DNA from: Hydrolagus colliei
Taxonomy: Eukaryota
DNA length: 64,000 nucleotides
Assembly (NCBI GenBank): GCA_035084275.1
Contig: CM068742.1
Coordinates: forward strand, 55,366,001 to 55,430,000
Direction of reading: 5' to 3'
The first letter of the stretch is position 1. Each line of letters begins with the position of its first letter. Below the pieces are notes generated by a model. That model was given only the letters and a program-made list of their open reading frames with translations, made no database searches and was not told where the DNA came from. Shown here piece after piece: positions 50,186 through 64,000 of the stretch. The position numbers were made by a program, and so were the translations under genes.

Positions 50186-53100
50186 CTGATAGGGATGATT
50201 TCTTGTTCACTCACTCAATCACATGCAGGAAGTGAGCAAACCAATTCAAACAACATTGAGATAATAATCACTGTGATAATCTGGTAGCCACAGTTAAAAA
50301 GCCATGTTCCATGATAAAAACATTGTATTCTATGCACACAATTATTTAAAAGATTTGTTTTAAAAGATTGGATTCCATTTACATCATCATCAAAATGAGC
50401 ACTATCAATGTTTGGGAATTGATTGTTTCTTCCACTACTGTCACTGAGTGTCAATGTGAAGCAGTTTCACATCAGTATGAAGCAAGTGAGCAGTTTTTTT
50501 ACGCAGATAACACGTCATTGTTTGAGTAAAAAAAAGTCTGCAAACAAAAAGACACAATCCTTGGAAATCTAGTTAAAAATCAAAGCAACGGCCCTACTTC
50601 AAAGAGAACCCTGTTGTGCTTTCATTATCTCTTTTCATTATCACTCTAAGATTAGGCGATTGTACCAGCTAACAGTTCAGAAAAGAGGTTTTACAATACA
50701 AATTGCTATATTTGAGAGATCTCATTCCTGTAGGCGGGGAGCTAATGTGTCACAGAAAAGGCAAACTGTCTGTTCCTAAGAGAAGGATAAATAAAGTATG
50801 CTTATTGGTTTTAAAAAGAATATGTATTTTTAGAATACCTTATCAGCTCACAAGATAATTACTATCAGATGTCTACATTTAAGAAAATGCAGCAACAATT
50901 TAAAACAATAAGGTACTACAGCCTTTTGATGAACGACCAATTAATCTGGTGAATTATTGGCCAAGACACTGGGAGAATCTCTCATTTATTTTTGATAACA
51001 AGCAATGGATCCTTAATGTCAATGTGAACAAGTATACAGGTCCTCAGTTTAACATCTGAACTGAAAAAACAGCACCTTCCGTTCTACACCAGTGTCTTTG
51101 TGAAGAATATGGTTTCCAGCCCTGGCGGAGGGCTTGAACCCAACCTTCTGGTTCAGAGTGATAGGACTACCAACTTAGCCAAGGTTGCACTAGACAAGCT
51201 GATAGAATTTAATGTTTGCAGCTGTTTAAAAAGGTCAAAAAGGAATCAGCTGTTTAAAAGGGTACATTATAAACCTGTTAAGAACGTTCTCTTCAAGACT
51301 GCAGTATGTTGTAACAATAGGTTTCTTATGTTTTATATTTTACTGTCATTCTGGTCTCGTGACATTTACATATTACTCTTGTAGTCACAGTGTCAATGAC
51401 AGCAGGGTCCTAATTCAGGTCGAGCTTGTGCCTGCCATACAGGTGTGAAAACGATCCTCCTTTATGGTTGCGAACTCCTGGAGAGGTTTCCTCTGACCCA
51501 TTTGCAAAGTCCAGGATCAAGCAGTGAGATAGATTCTTGGCAAATATGGGAAGCAGCTGCAGGGAGGGAAGGCTCGAGCCTACACTGACCTGTCACTATG
51601 CACCCTGAAGGCAGAGGAGGCTTCACATTGGGCACATCTATTTGCCAAGGCCCCTCGCATGAAAACCTAGATTAAGCTACGGGTGCTGAGTAAGCCTGAT
51701 ACGTGACATTGGACTTGAATTTTGAGAACATCAAGGTGGCTGCATGCACAAGCTGTCGTGTAAAGATCCTCCTACCACACTGAAGGCAAATCGAATGTTA
51801 GAATTGAGCCAGCCTCTGTGACGGTCTCAGTAGTCTGGTGGCTGAGTCAGGTGGGTTTGCAGTATTCCAGGGCACTGCTGATAACAGCACAGCCAGCCTG
51901 GCTCATCGTCAGACCTTGGAAAGGCCAATGTGTCACTGGGGCAGTGAGTCATCCCATTCAGCTCCTGGTAACCCTGTAAGCCAAAGTCCTAACTGGTCAA
52001 GCAGCAGAAAAGCTGGCCAGACAGCAATACTAATGGCAATCTGTGCATTTTTAATTCAGTGTAGCACCCCAACGCATACTCTAGGGTCTCCAACCTTTGG
52101 CTTTTGTCATGTCAACCTATGCCTAATATTTTCCGGAATTAAGTAAGCAGGATGTATCTCTCCAGGGAGAATGCACATTTCATTCAGTCTACGTCCGATA
52201 GCATAGTGGTTAGTGTGCTCCCCTGGCAAGCAAGAGGACCTGAGTTTGATTTCCAGGCAAGGCAAAACTTTAGCCAATTTTCCTACTCCACACGCCTCCA
52301 TAAGTAGGAACCCAATTGTTGGTCAATTGGCAAATCTCTTTCTGGCGGTAATAATGCCTCCAAAAAAAATTGCATTACTCAAACCACAACTGTATGTGTG
52401 TGCAATTGGCTGCCCACACTATACACAGTCAATTCTTTTCACAGTATATTCCATGAAGCGCACTGAGATGTGTCCATGACGTGATGAGGCGTAATATAAA
52501 ATGCCCAAGGTATTATTATTTTAATTTTATTATTATTCCAGCACTCTGTCTCTGGAATATCCATGCGTGGGTGGGGTGCATGGAAATCTCAGTTTGCTTT
52601 GGATACTCTTAAACATGATGATGGCTTTCTGCATGCGTCAGACACCTGGCTGACCAAAAAATGTCATGATGTCAACTATATCAAATTCTGAATGCCCATC
52701 ACCCCATTCCTCAGAGAGTTCAACTGGCTCCCTGGCTCCCAACTGATGACTTCAAATTTCTCGCCCTCACCTATAAAGCTGTGTGCACTTCTCTGTCTCT
52801 TTGACTTGTTGCACCATTTTTTAGTTTTGTATTATTTTTGCTCAGCCCCTCCACTCAGCTGATTCAGGCTTGGTGTCTGCATCCCCTGCCTCCTTGGTGC
52901 CACCACTAGAGGCTGAGACTACCTGCACTAGTCACTGCTCCTCCCCCACTCCCTCCTATCAACTCATTACTGCACTATATCCAATAAACTGAACAATTGA
53001 TACAGGTTATTTTAACTCCTCTGACACACTTTTTAACTCAACAAGGGCAGTTCCCATGGTTGTTGATGATAAACAGTATTCCAGTTCCAGGAAATGTGTC

Positions 53101-56100
53101 AAGTAAGTCACATAATAGTATTGTCAAGGCTTGTTCAGCACCTCTTCCATATAGAGATTAATCTTTAAATTCTGAAAGTTTTGCCTTGCAGGGATAAAAT
53201 ACAATACAAAATTACATTTGTAAGGCACCTTTCGGGTCGGGAAGACGTTCCAAGGGGCTGAACAGTCAGGGATTAGGACTCAAGCGGGGATGATCGGGAG
53301 GTGGGGGGAGAGGGATGTGGAGGGCAAAGAGGGTAGGAGGGAGGCCTATGGCACCCACATTTCTGAGAAGACCATTGATTTACAGGAGCAAACACACCAA
53401 ACCGAACTAACAGATATGTGTACTGTATCCTTAGGAGGCATGTTTGCCAGTTTGGCAGTTTCTACTTGTAGAGGGATCAGAAACCATTTCCTAAGACAAT
53501 TACAGAAGAGATTTCCCATACATACAGCCAATCAATGGCAGAACTGTTTTTTGGAAATAAAAATTGTTTCTAAACTCCCTTCTTTTGACCAGTAAACTGA
53601 AACTAGCAGTGCATCAATACTCATATAATATTTCATGAATTATTTTATACAAATTATGTTTTGGAAGGTAGAGTTAGATTTTTGAAGATCTTCTGAAAAT
53701 CACACCGCGCTAAGAACAAAGGTCGATATTTTCATATGTGTACGTTATAGCTTTGAATGATGTGAAATATTATTTCCACAAAACTAAGAAACTAATATTT
53801 AATACCCACAGAATATAGTTCTACATTAGGTGGCAGTCTGTAGTCTCGACAGTGACCTCAGTTTTAAGAAGCACCAATCAAAAGTGCTGAAATGTCACCG
53901 CATACAGAAAAAAAACTGCTTCTGCACTTGGCATCAGGGGTGCATTACCAGCTGTGTAACATTTGGATTGAGCTGCACAACAAATGACCTTGAAAGGCAT
54001 AGTCACCTGAACCCCATTACAATATCACTGACTAAGTTGAGAGTTCCTTTCTCATTCCAACCTTCTCATGTTTCTCCAGTCTGGGGATTCACCAATGTTA
54101 GTGAAAATGGAGACACCTATAACAGGGTGAAACTTTGGATGCTCATGTTAAATGCTTTTAGCACTTCTTTGAAAATTTCTAGCCCTGCAGTTCCAGGGAA
54201 AGGAATTTGCAAATAAAAGGGGAAAGACAATTTAGCTTGCCAGTAAGGACGAGCTCATGCAAAAATCTACAGCTGAGAAAGCACATCTAGAAATGAACAT
54301 TAACTCTAGGTCAAAGCTGGCGTTAATGAGCTTAACAGAGGGCAAGATGTCAGGTATCATCTGAGCAGTGACAGAACTGAAGACTACAGAGGGATTTTCT
54401 GCCCATTAGCAGTGGTGGTTACTTAAAAATTGGGAAATATTCATGCACAATTTATTTTCCTTTCGCAAGAATTTAAAATTTAAAGCAAAGTGTGAAAAAA
54501 AAGGTTGAGGAGCAAAACACCGAGTCTCAGTTAGGTTGTACATACACCATCATGAAGTGGTAATGAAATGCCATTTCTACAATCTGAAACAACACTACCA
54601 ATAACTGCTAATAGGAACAAAGATGGTAACAACCAGAATTTGCAGCCTGCTTCGTGGCAAACCACTGGAACAGTGTTGAAAGGCTGTTCACATCCAAAAT
54701 TGTAATATTTCTTGGCTGATTTTAAGGTGGTAATTGATAAATCAAATTTGTCAAGAAACGTTGCATTATTTACCCCATCATTTTGAAAATAAATTCAGGA
54801 AAACTATCAAACACAGGGGGTATATATGATAAACTCTTCAGTATTAATGCTGGTTTTGAGCTGATAGTAATCGATATTTTTGTTTACAAATGTATGCAAC
54901 ATTTTACTGCAGAGATTGTGATTACGGTATACTGTAATAAACTTCCCGGTCTACATCAACAGGTCTTATTTGTCCTACTGGGGATTCCTTATTTTACTTT
55001 GTCAAAATTCCAAATACAGTACCCTGGAAGTATGTTAGGTGCTCTTCAAATCAAAGTTGTTGTTGTTCTAGGTTTTTCATTAGTATTCTTTTGGAAAGTT
55101 TGTTTTACATAGGTTTCATAGTATATCATAGTAACATTCAAAAGGAAATCTGAAAGCTTTGCTACTTACTGAATCTGGCAGTCATTTAGCTCCGGAATTC
55201 CAGTGATATAAATCCTACTAACTGCTCACTAGAGAAATAACAACCAGAAATACACCTCTTCAGATATGTATTACATGCTAATATGATCATAGCTATGCCA
55301 CAGAGTAAAATCGGACATGCCTTGGGCAGAATTTCAGAAAGCAGTATTTATCCTGTGTCCTCGAACACTTATCATGGTTTTCTCGCAGGGATCCAGTGTG
55401 CTCAGCTGTTGCAGAATATTTGCTATTTACAGATGTGGGAACAATTAACACAAAATTAGTGGCAAGCTCTTTGTACCAAAACGTGTGGTGGATTTGATTT
55501 GATAGCCATTTTGAGAAGATTGAAATCTTGCACCTCGGAGGGTGGAAGAGCACCTAGTTGTTACATTCATATGTTCGCTCTTTTGGTTTGAAAAATTTAC
55601 CTTGTGTTTACATTAATGGTGTTTGGCAGTTTTTTTCTTTTTCATCGCAAACAAGATTAACACATGAAAACTACAAGTATTGTTTAAAGTAGTTTAGTCA
55701 GTGAGGATGGTAATCTGTGTGATTATTTGTACACAAAAAGTGAAACAAATAGGACAGAGAATTCAAGATCATTTCAAAGATGTATGAATTTATACAAAAT
55801 GCAGGTCTGTTTCTTAATACAGTATGTAGTCTGCACAACGTCTACAATTTCTGCATCCAAGGGCTTTAACTGAAGACACTTTCTACTGGATATGTAGACC
55901 ATCCACCATCACATTGTTTTATTTGGATTGCAAATAGCAACTCCTGCAGGAGGCACCAGACAGAGTCATGATGAACAGTGAGAACTCCATTTCAGCTTGC
56001 TCATTACGAGAGACCTGGCAGAAGGCTCAACCTCTATTAGATTGGAATTTGAGCAGGAACCCAGTCGGAAAACCTAGAGTATGGTATGGAACAAAACACG

Positions 56101-57384
56101 AGTGAAGGTGATTAGAAGAATGAACCAGTGAAGGAATTTGTAAAAGGAGTTCAAGCATAATCAAAAAAAGGAGACTTTGTTTCAGCGCAAAAGTGACATA
56201 GTTTTGACAATCCTATAAACTGTAAATACAATGAAAAAAATGCAGATGTGTTCCAGTCCTCGATGTCATACACAACCTCTAACTTGACTAAATAGATGTG
56301 TACATCCCACATTATAAACAAAGTGAGCTTGTTGCCTTCACATTGGTTTCCAGAACCCACCTCAGCTCCAGCTCTGAGGCAATTAAAAAAAATTAAACAA
56401 AATAGAAAGTAAACTTTGATAATGTATGGCAGCAGTCTGAGAAGCTGTGCAACTGATGGGTGGAATGGGGTTCATGCCCAGAATTCCCATCATGGCAAGG
56501 TTATAATGTCAGACATAATGTCAAGGAGATATTTAGATGCTTCCCCACAATGAGTGAGAAAGAAACAAGTTAGAGAGTGAGTCATTAGGATGCAATTAAC
56601 TGTTCCAACATACAGCCAGCTTAAGAGTATCACTGACAGAGATATTTGAAAGACATTTTAAAATAGCATCTTATCGCTTTAACACATTTCATAGATTATC
56701 ACTCTTTAATTTAGGGACTGTTTTTGCGGTCAACTTCTGCAACCATTTGACTTCATAGATGAGGAAGCATCTTAAAGAAGAATTTTGTATCGGTATGCCA
56801 GGTCTAACGCATGAGAAAACCCATCATAATGCTTAAGAGTCTCCAAGCCAAACTACTGAGGATAACTTCACGTATACTGTATATGGTTTCAGTTTGTCTT
56901 TCCCCAGACAAATGCACACATCTTAGCTAATCCTGGAGATGTTAGGCACACATTGACAAGAACCAAGGCTTGCAAATCCCAGAGTGTGCATACTGATAAG
57001 CTAGCTAGAACCTAAAGATGATATGAGAAGAGAAAACAATGAAATTGTAGAAAAGCGGAAATAAAGAGAACAAAGCCAAAATCAAACAAAATTGACAGAT
57101 GTTCAACTCAGACAAGCCATCCAAATCAGACAATTCAGTTAGGCTTGGATTTTGGTCCCAAACTCATCCTGCTAAGCAGAACTGCTATGTACTGGAAAAT
57201 GTCAGTAGCCCACATGAAATTTACAGGTTTAACAATGCAAACAAGGAGAACAGATTCTCGTAGAAATTAAAATGATGCAATAAAAATGATTAATTTTACA
57301 TATGATGATATGGCAAAAAAAAGTCTACAGATGTTCCCAGTGATCTCAAACACCACCATGTCAAAGCTGTAAACCACCAGAATG

Positions 57385-57780
57385 ATTCAAGAAATCAGGA
57401 ATATACATCATGAGGAACGGTTAAAAAAAAGCTGAGCCTGTTCTCTTTGCAAAAGAAGAAGTTTTCAGATGATCCGATTGAAGTTTTCCACAATTCGACA
57501 GAAAACTGACAAAGCTGATGCATGCAAATTGTTCACCATGGTGAAAGGTTCAGATACCAGGGGACAAACGTTAATAATATGCTAGCATGCTCAGACTTGT
57601 GGAATAAATAATCATTTCAGCTGACAGTATACACAGGTTCAAGAGCCAATAAACCACGTTTCTAAACTGAGAAAGGATAGAGGGTTGTGGTGAGAAGCTG
57701 GCTTGGTGGGGTTAAGAATCAAAAAGCAATCTGTTTTTTCAGGCTTAATGTCCTTTTTTTTTATTCCAAAGTAATCTTTG
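57385..57780 (+). mobile_element. CR1-type LINE 3' fragment
   Basis: atgaggaacggttaaaaaaaagctgagcctgttctctttgcaaaagaagaag...ccgattgaagtttt...accaggggaca (EERL..L.LFSL.KRR...IEV...TRG). Confidence 0.65.
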
Positions 57781-60700
57781 TGTGAAATCTGTACCATAAA
57801 GGGAGTTATCAGTGCACTTACAGATGTCTATTTTGTCATATAGTTTAACGTTGCTTACTACAGTACAACCTTAATTTAGAAGCCATAGTTGAAAAGAATC
57901 GACAACCACAAATATACAGTCAATTCACTTAACAGTATATTCTGTGAAGCGCTTTGAGATGTCTAGAATATGTGAAAAGTGCTATATCGAATGCAAGGTT
58001 TATTATTATAACCAAATTGGAATTGAGTTTACGAATCATTATCAGGTTAACCCCTACCTTTGGGACATCACAATATTACATCTATAACATCTTGGGTAAA
58101 CCCTGAGACAATATAAAGCTGATATCCGTGATATCATGGGGTCTGCCTTGTGATATCATGAATGGAGACAACAGATATGTTCCATGTTCTATTCCTGATG
58201 ACAAAGGGTGCAGGAGGTGGTAAATGCTTGGTCTCATGGGTGACAAGCAATGACATATACAGTACATCACTCAATTCACAGGCCGCTTTCCTGTACATCA
58301 TTATGCGCAATTCAGTACTTTCCCTTCATTTTGCCTACAGATTTTGTCAAGTTTAAGTGATTTCTGGTTTTACAATAAACATGTCAAGCAGTGTTTTACC
58401 AGAGCTTTGGAGGAACTTTATAGCAGAATGTGTTATTAAATCAATATGCCACTGGCTCTTCTGCTTGTCCACCTGTTGGCTAACTTACTGGATAATAGTA
58501 GAACCCTGTGAGATTGCCCATGGGTTATACCATAAAGCTATGCAAAGTACATGGCATGAAGCATAGAAACATGTGCTTGAATTGATAAATACCCTGAAGT
58601 GTTGTTTCAAGTCCCCCTTCAAGGACTAGTCTTCCTGCAAGTACTGCCTACAGCATTCTCTGAAGTTATCTCACCTTCAATTGAAATAAAACCATTCTGA
58701 ACACACTATTCTGAAACATTTTGATGTGTAACTTTGATCTACGATTTCAATGAAATGCAAATCTTTTGAATGTTTTAACTATCAAATATCGCTGTTTGCA
58801 ACAATAACTTATTTTTGATGGATGTACACATTGATTTAATTATAAAATGTTTACTGTACTGTTTCATCTTCAAGAAGATAACAGATTATTCTGCTATAAG
58901 TGCTCAGCGGTCCTTTAGCTGATCTGTAAGTAAGTTTTACAAATTTGCCACTGTATAATTTTAAAAGTATAAAATTATTGTTTTATGTTCTATAAACATA
59001 TTACAGTAATGACAATCCAGAAAAAGGAGGAAAGTAGCACTTAACTTATATCCACAAATGTACTATATGTAGCCTTGTATATGATAAGATAAATAAATGG
59101 TATGTCATTTTTTTTAATAAGGATGCAAACTGACTAATACAAAAAGCAACTACACAAAAATATCAATGAAACCAAACTTAAGGTTACATTTCAGGCACTT
59201 GAAAACAGTATTTTGAATTATGTCTCCAGAGAACGGTTTCACAGCGGCAGAGAAGACAGGTAGTTTCTTTGCCAACAACAAAAGATTAATGCACTCCATA
59301 AAACATTAGCTAATTTTCGTCAGAAGTAATTTACTCAAAACCCTTGAAAACAAAAATTAAGCTTGTCTGAAGGGGTGAGTTAGCACAAGTTTAGCTGAGC
59401 ACCTTTCTTCTGTTTTGCATTCAATGCTTTGTTACTAACCAACAAATAAAATCCTGAAGTGAGCAAATGAAAACAAATATAACACAAAATTCAACAAATG
59501 TTGCATCAGTTGATCACATTTTAATAACCAGGTAAAGCTGTAGAGCTTCACGATTGATTTTTCATAGAACATAGTTCTTCACCTCAGAAATGTACCTGAA
59601 TATAGAAAAAAAATCTCATTCCAAACATGATCCAATTTGAAGTTATTTTATTTTTTTCTAGTGGGAATCGATATAAGAAAATATGTGGCTTGTGTATTTA
59701 TGGTGTGGACATCCATTGCTGTTCAGCTCTGGGTCCTCAGCTCTGTGATTGGCAGAAGGCAGGGGTGGAGGGAAGAGGTTAGCACCATCAGTATACAAAC
59801 CCTACAGTTCTTTGTATTGATCCACACTGGGGAAAAAATGGAATTAGCTCTGACACTAATTGCATCTGGAATGTGATTTTTTACGCAGGTATGTGTCTTC
59901 AGAAATGACCTTTGCTCTGAGAAAATGGAGGCACTGAGATGTTATCTGCCTTGCTCCAGGAGTTATCCACAGAACACACAAGGAAAGGAAAACAATTCAC
60001 TCATGTTAGAGGACTAACATTTCACCTAATTATAGCCATTTTGTTTTAAAATGCAAGATCTATAAAATTTAAGGAAAATCCTTAAATTTAGTTTACATGT
60101 AGGTTAAATTTAGAAAAAACATTTTAAGGACATAATACGATTCAAATGAAAATTATCAGCATTTTTGCAAATTAAATTTAAATTTTAAGACAAAATGGTC
60201 TTCAACGTCCTGACTCTACATATAATTCCCTCTCTATCCTAGCATCTCCCCACCTTCCTGATCTGCTCATATCCCACTCCTCCCCTTATCCCCTTCACTC
60301 AGCTGTACATCTCTCCCCACCCCCCACCTCCACCATACCAAAATCAACCAGTATCTGTTACCGGAGAGAAGTAGATAATAGCAAGTAAGGTAATGAGTTA
60401 CAGAAGAGACATTCTTAGTGTTTCTAATAGGGATTAGGGTTAGGATGGTCTAACCTTTTGTCGAGGGTTGGATCCGCTATTTGAGAAACATCCAGGGGTT
60501 GCGTAAGCAATAACTTTGTGTCTCCTTTCTAGGAGTATCTCGTAACATTTTTGGGTGGGCCAGATAAAATGTAAGTAGAGGGGCTGGATGTAGCTCACAG
60601 GCTGCCAGATGGTCCACCTGGGTTAGACAGCCACAGTTAAGAGCAGAAGAAAGCTCAGCGAAAGAAACAGCTATTTGGCCCATTAAATGTGCTTGTTCCG

Positions 60701-63499
60701 CAGACTACCCTAAACCTATATGTGAACACCAGTGCTGAAAGGCATTCTGCATAAGAGCTGCTGATCACCAATGTTAATTCAATAACACCAAGGAATATTC
60801 ATCCAATTTCACACCTGCAGTATTCAAAGCTGTTCTCTTTACAAATTGTACAACTCATTTGATCAAATGAGGGCACAAATAGCAAGTAGGTCTTTCTCTT
60901 CTCCTGCTCCTCTTTTGAATGGGTTGTGCACTTTTTTTCTTTCCTCTGAAGTACAGTTTCATGTGCCTCACCTCAGAAGCCATTTATTGCAATTTAATTA
61001 TTGCATTTGAAATCATTTTATAAAGAAAAGGGAAAAACGCTTCTATTCACAGATTTTGTTGGTGTCGTAAATGTAGGAAGTTCAAATGCCACTATTTACA
61101 AGGGAAATTGTGGTAAACCTATATAATTTGCATATCAGCAATAGCTTTATGAATAAATGTCTATGTTGAGAAAAGCTGCATATTTCAAGTAAATAGATTA
61201 CTTGAAAGAAGTTCAAGTAATCCTGAATATGAAAAAAATTATTAGAAATAGAATTCTAATACTTTTGTGAACTAGATATATAATTCATCAAGATGAAACA
61301 TACATCTCTCATGAAAGGCCTGATCCAAAATCTGAACTCTTTTCCTCTTTCAAATGCTAATTGACCTCAAGTGCATTTCCTACATTTCCTGTTTCATTTC
61401 AAATGTTCAGTCTCAGCAGGTTTTCTTTATCATTTCTACATGATCGGGTAATTTAGAGTAATAATAATCCTTACATTTGGCGTAGCACCTTTCATGTATC
61501 CTTTGCTAGTTTAAACCTCAGAGATGATGAGGAGGAATGCAAATTGAGGCCTCGAATGTGTTCGTTAACACCAGTGAGATTGAATGCAGTATTGAAAAAT
61601 GCTGTCCGTACAGGAAAAAGATAAACAAAGGCTAATTCATTAGCCCATAGGTGTGGTTCTCTTCCTTCCATTACAATGTTTGAACAAAATCCACACCATG
61701 GCACCTACTGATTTGCCAGCTCATGGATGGTGGCGTTGTAGATGCATACCAGCTACTGACTGTTTTCTTTTAATGAGTTAATCATTGCGTTTGGTATAGC
61801 ACACTTTCAGTTCAGCAGGATGACTCAAAGCTTCATAGCATTTACAGTCAAATGTAATTACAGTATTTGTAGGTGAACATGACACCCGCTTTGCACACAG
61901 GGTTGTCCTACAAGAAGTCGAGAAGTGAATGATCAATACATTTGGGGGATTGATGTCAGGAGAAACTCCCTTCTCTTCCAATAGTGCAATGGAATCTTTA
62001 ACTTCTACCTGAACAGGCAGACAAAACCTCAGTTTAACAATTCATCAGAAAGCCAACATTCCGACATTGCTGCATGCCCTGAGCACTGCACTAAAATGCC
62101 AGTCTCGTTTAATGGATCATGGCATGGGAGCTCACTGACTGGCATTTCAGTGGTGCAATGCCTGGCAGGTTAAATAGGCAAGGTGTGCCAGCTTCAAGAC
62201 CAACCAATACAATGGAGTCAGGTGGGAGGGGTGTACTTGTAGACCAGTTGCTGTCTTTACTAATTGACTTTTCAAGGAAATAATTAACACAAGAAACAAT
62301 TTTCACCCCCTCAAATTATAATATATAAAGTAAAGCCATATTTTGGAAAAAAAACTTGGCTCCTTCACTTGCCCTTTCAAAGAATAAATAGCAGAGCTTT
62401 TGTGACTATCATCTTAGAAACAAAGTACAGTTCACTGGCAGTTCATTGCTAGCACTATATGCACATGCTCCTGTAACTCTCATTTACAGCTTTACTGCTT
62501 GGCCAATGGCAGCAAACAAGGTCAAAACATTCGAAGAACAACTCCTTATAGCAAGTAATTCAAAATCGATGTGCAAACATGCACTTAGGAAAACATCTCC
62601 TTTCTCCGAGCATGATGAAAAATAATCTAACAAAAAGTGAAAATGACATGTTTGGACAGTTAAATTTATGCTCATTATTTGCATTGCAATTCTGCCCAAC
62701 GGTATGGTTATTGATACTTTTCTAAAAGTACCGCAAGTATATGCCACTGAAAACCACTGAGCATTCCTGAAAAATGCTAACGTATGTGTCCAGCAAATTT
62801 CCAGCACTGGAATACAGCACTTTGATTTCCATTACATCTCTCAGCTAGTGTCACCACAGAAATACCTTTGGAGAGGAAGATCTCAGCAATGGGCCGCCCA
62901 CAACACAAAGTGCTTGCTTCTCAGCTATCTGACATGTCATATGCTCTCCGCATTCCTCCAGTTCACACCATCATAAAAGGGAGCGTGAATGACTGTTGCC
63001 ATTCTTATTCTACTGATTGCAAAAGCTATTTTAATTTCAGCCTCACTGCCTTGAGCATTCCTGCCCATAACCCAAATACAGCAGGCTCCCAAGAAGAAAA
63101 AAAGACAGAAAATATAAATATTGACCTGGATAGTAGGTTTATTTTCTGTCGATGTTTTCTACTAGTAACTTAATTTTTAAACTGTTTGCAGTCTCCTAGC
63201 AGTGCTCGTAATTTATAACAACCATTAGCCACATCCGTTTTTTTACCAGTCTGTTTTTTAATCATTTTTTTCTGAGAGGCCTTTCTTGGAAAGGGGTTTG
63301 GAAACATTGTTAGTGAAGAGAAATGAGTTAAATGAGCAATGTGTCACTTTATCAAGGTGTTGTCAAGCTGGTCAGAGTTGAAGAATATCACAATATGGCA
63401 AGAGAGGTTCAGATGAAGAAAGCTCATTGACCTGTTTGATCTCATCCTTCCAGAATACTTAACCTACTGTCTTCTCATTGTAGCATCAAATTGCTTATG

Positions 63500-63705
63500 A
63501 AACAAAAGGCAAATTACTGCAGATGCTGAAAATCTGAAATAAAAGCAGAAATGGCTGGGAACACTCAGCAGGTCAGGCAGTATTTATGGAGATGGCAGCA
63601 TCTGACGAAAGGTCATCGACCAGAAATATTAACTCACGTTTCTCTCTCCACAGATGCTGCCTGACCTACTGAATATTCCCAGCAACTTCTGTTTTTATTT
63701 TTTAT
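63500..63705. mobile_element. Second copy of the Penelope-like palindromic element with one hammerhead-like core
   Basis: agatgctgaaaatctgaa..ctgggaacactcagcaggtcaggcag ... ctgacgaaaggtcatcgaccagaaatatt ... agatgctgcctgacct; similar to 20172-20425. Confidence 0.7.
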
Positions 63706-63709
63706 GCTT

Positions 63710-64000
63710 CTTAAACAAGTCAATTATTGGAGCCTTAGCTCCAATAAGCCTTAGCACTTCCTGCTAACCCCTTCCAGCTGTTGACTGTCCTCAATATAAA
63801 GAAATACCTGTTTGCATCTAAAATTCTGAATTTGGCATTCATAGCCCAGAATCTGTGCCTTTTGTTCTGCTGCCCTGGCCCATCTGATAGTATTGTTTAT
63901 ATTCTCAATCCAGCTTTGCGTCTTGTATACCTCTATAAGATCCATGCTGAGATGTCTCATTTCAAGGTCAGAAGCCCTAGCTTCTCTATTTAAACCTCTT
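63710..64000 (-). mobile_element. CR1-type LINE 3' fragment
   Basis: ORF 63751..63960 (RHLSMDLIEVYK...) preceded by RGLNREARAS-like decayed 'ERL..LGL'; runs off the right edge. Confidence 0.65.

Noticed and set aside
40411-64000. Short 60-130 aa ORFs upstream of the gene
   Set aside because: No recognisable protein similarity except decayed CR1/L2 pieces; consistent with random ORFs in intergenic DNA.

Overview
Vertebrate genomic DNA, AT-rich and repeat-rich. The repeat complement suggests a cartilaginous fish, probably a chimaera such as Callorhinchus milii (inference). The window holds the 5' two-thirds of PPARGC1A (PGC-1alpha) on the minus strand: proximal promoter/5'UTR (~40203-40410) and coding exons 1-9 (40202 down to 1092; 1931 nt, ~643 codons), all with GT-AG introns and consistent phases. 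The RRM-encoding exons 10-13 lie beyond the left edge. About 24 kb of upstream DNA shows no other recognisable gene. The rest is tRNA-derived SINEs, L2 and CR1 fragments, ancient Deu-/LF-type SINEs, TA-flanked Tigger-like MITEs, a long foldback element, a G-rich minisatellite and a 148-N gap. Most notable: (i) the translation-repressing 5'UTR uORF known from mammals has ACG instead of ATG and an early stop; (ii) candidate alternative first exons/promoters at ~59.6 kb and ~43.7 kb; (iii) Penelope-type palindromic inserts with minimal hammerhead-ribozyme cores, one on the pre-mRNA sense strand in intron 2; (iv) changed AMPK (T177) and p38 (S265-P) phosphosites; (v) a short intron 6 able to give NT-PGC-1alpha-like truncations. 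Comparisons with human/mouse sequences and repeat consensus sequences are from memory and need alignment.
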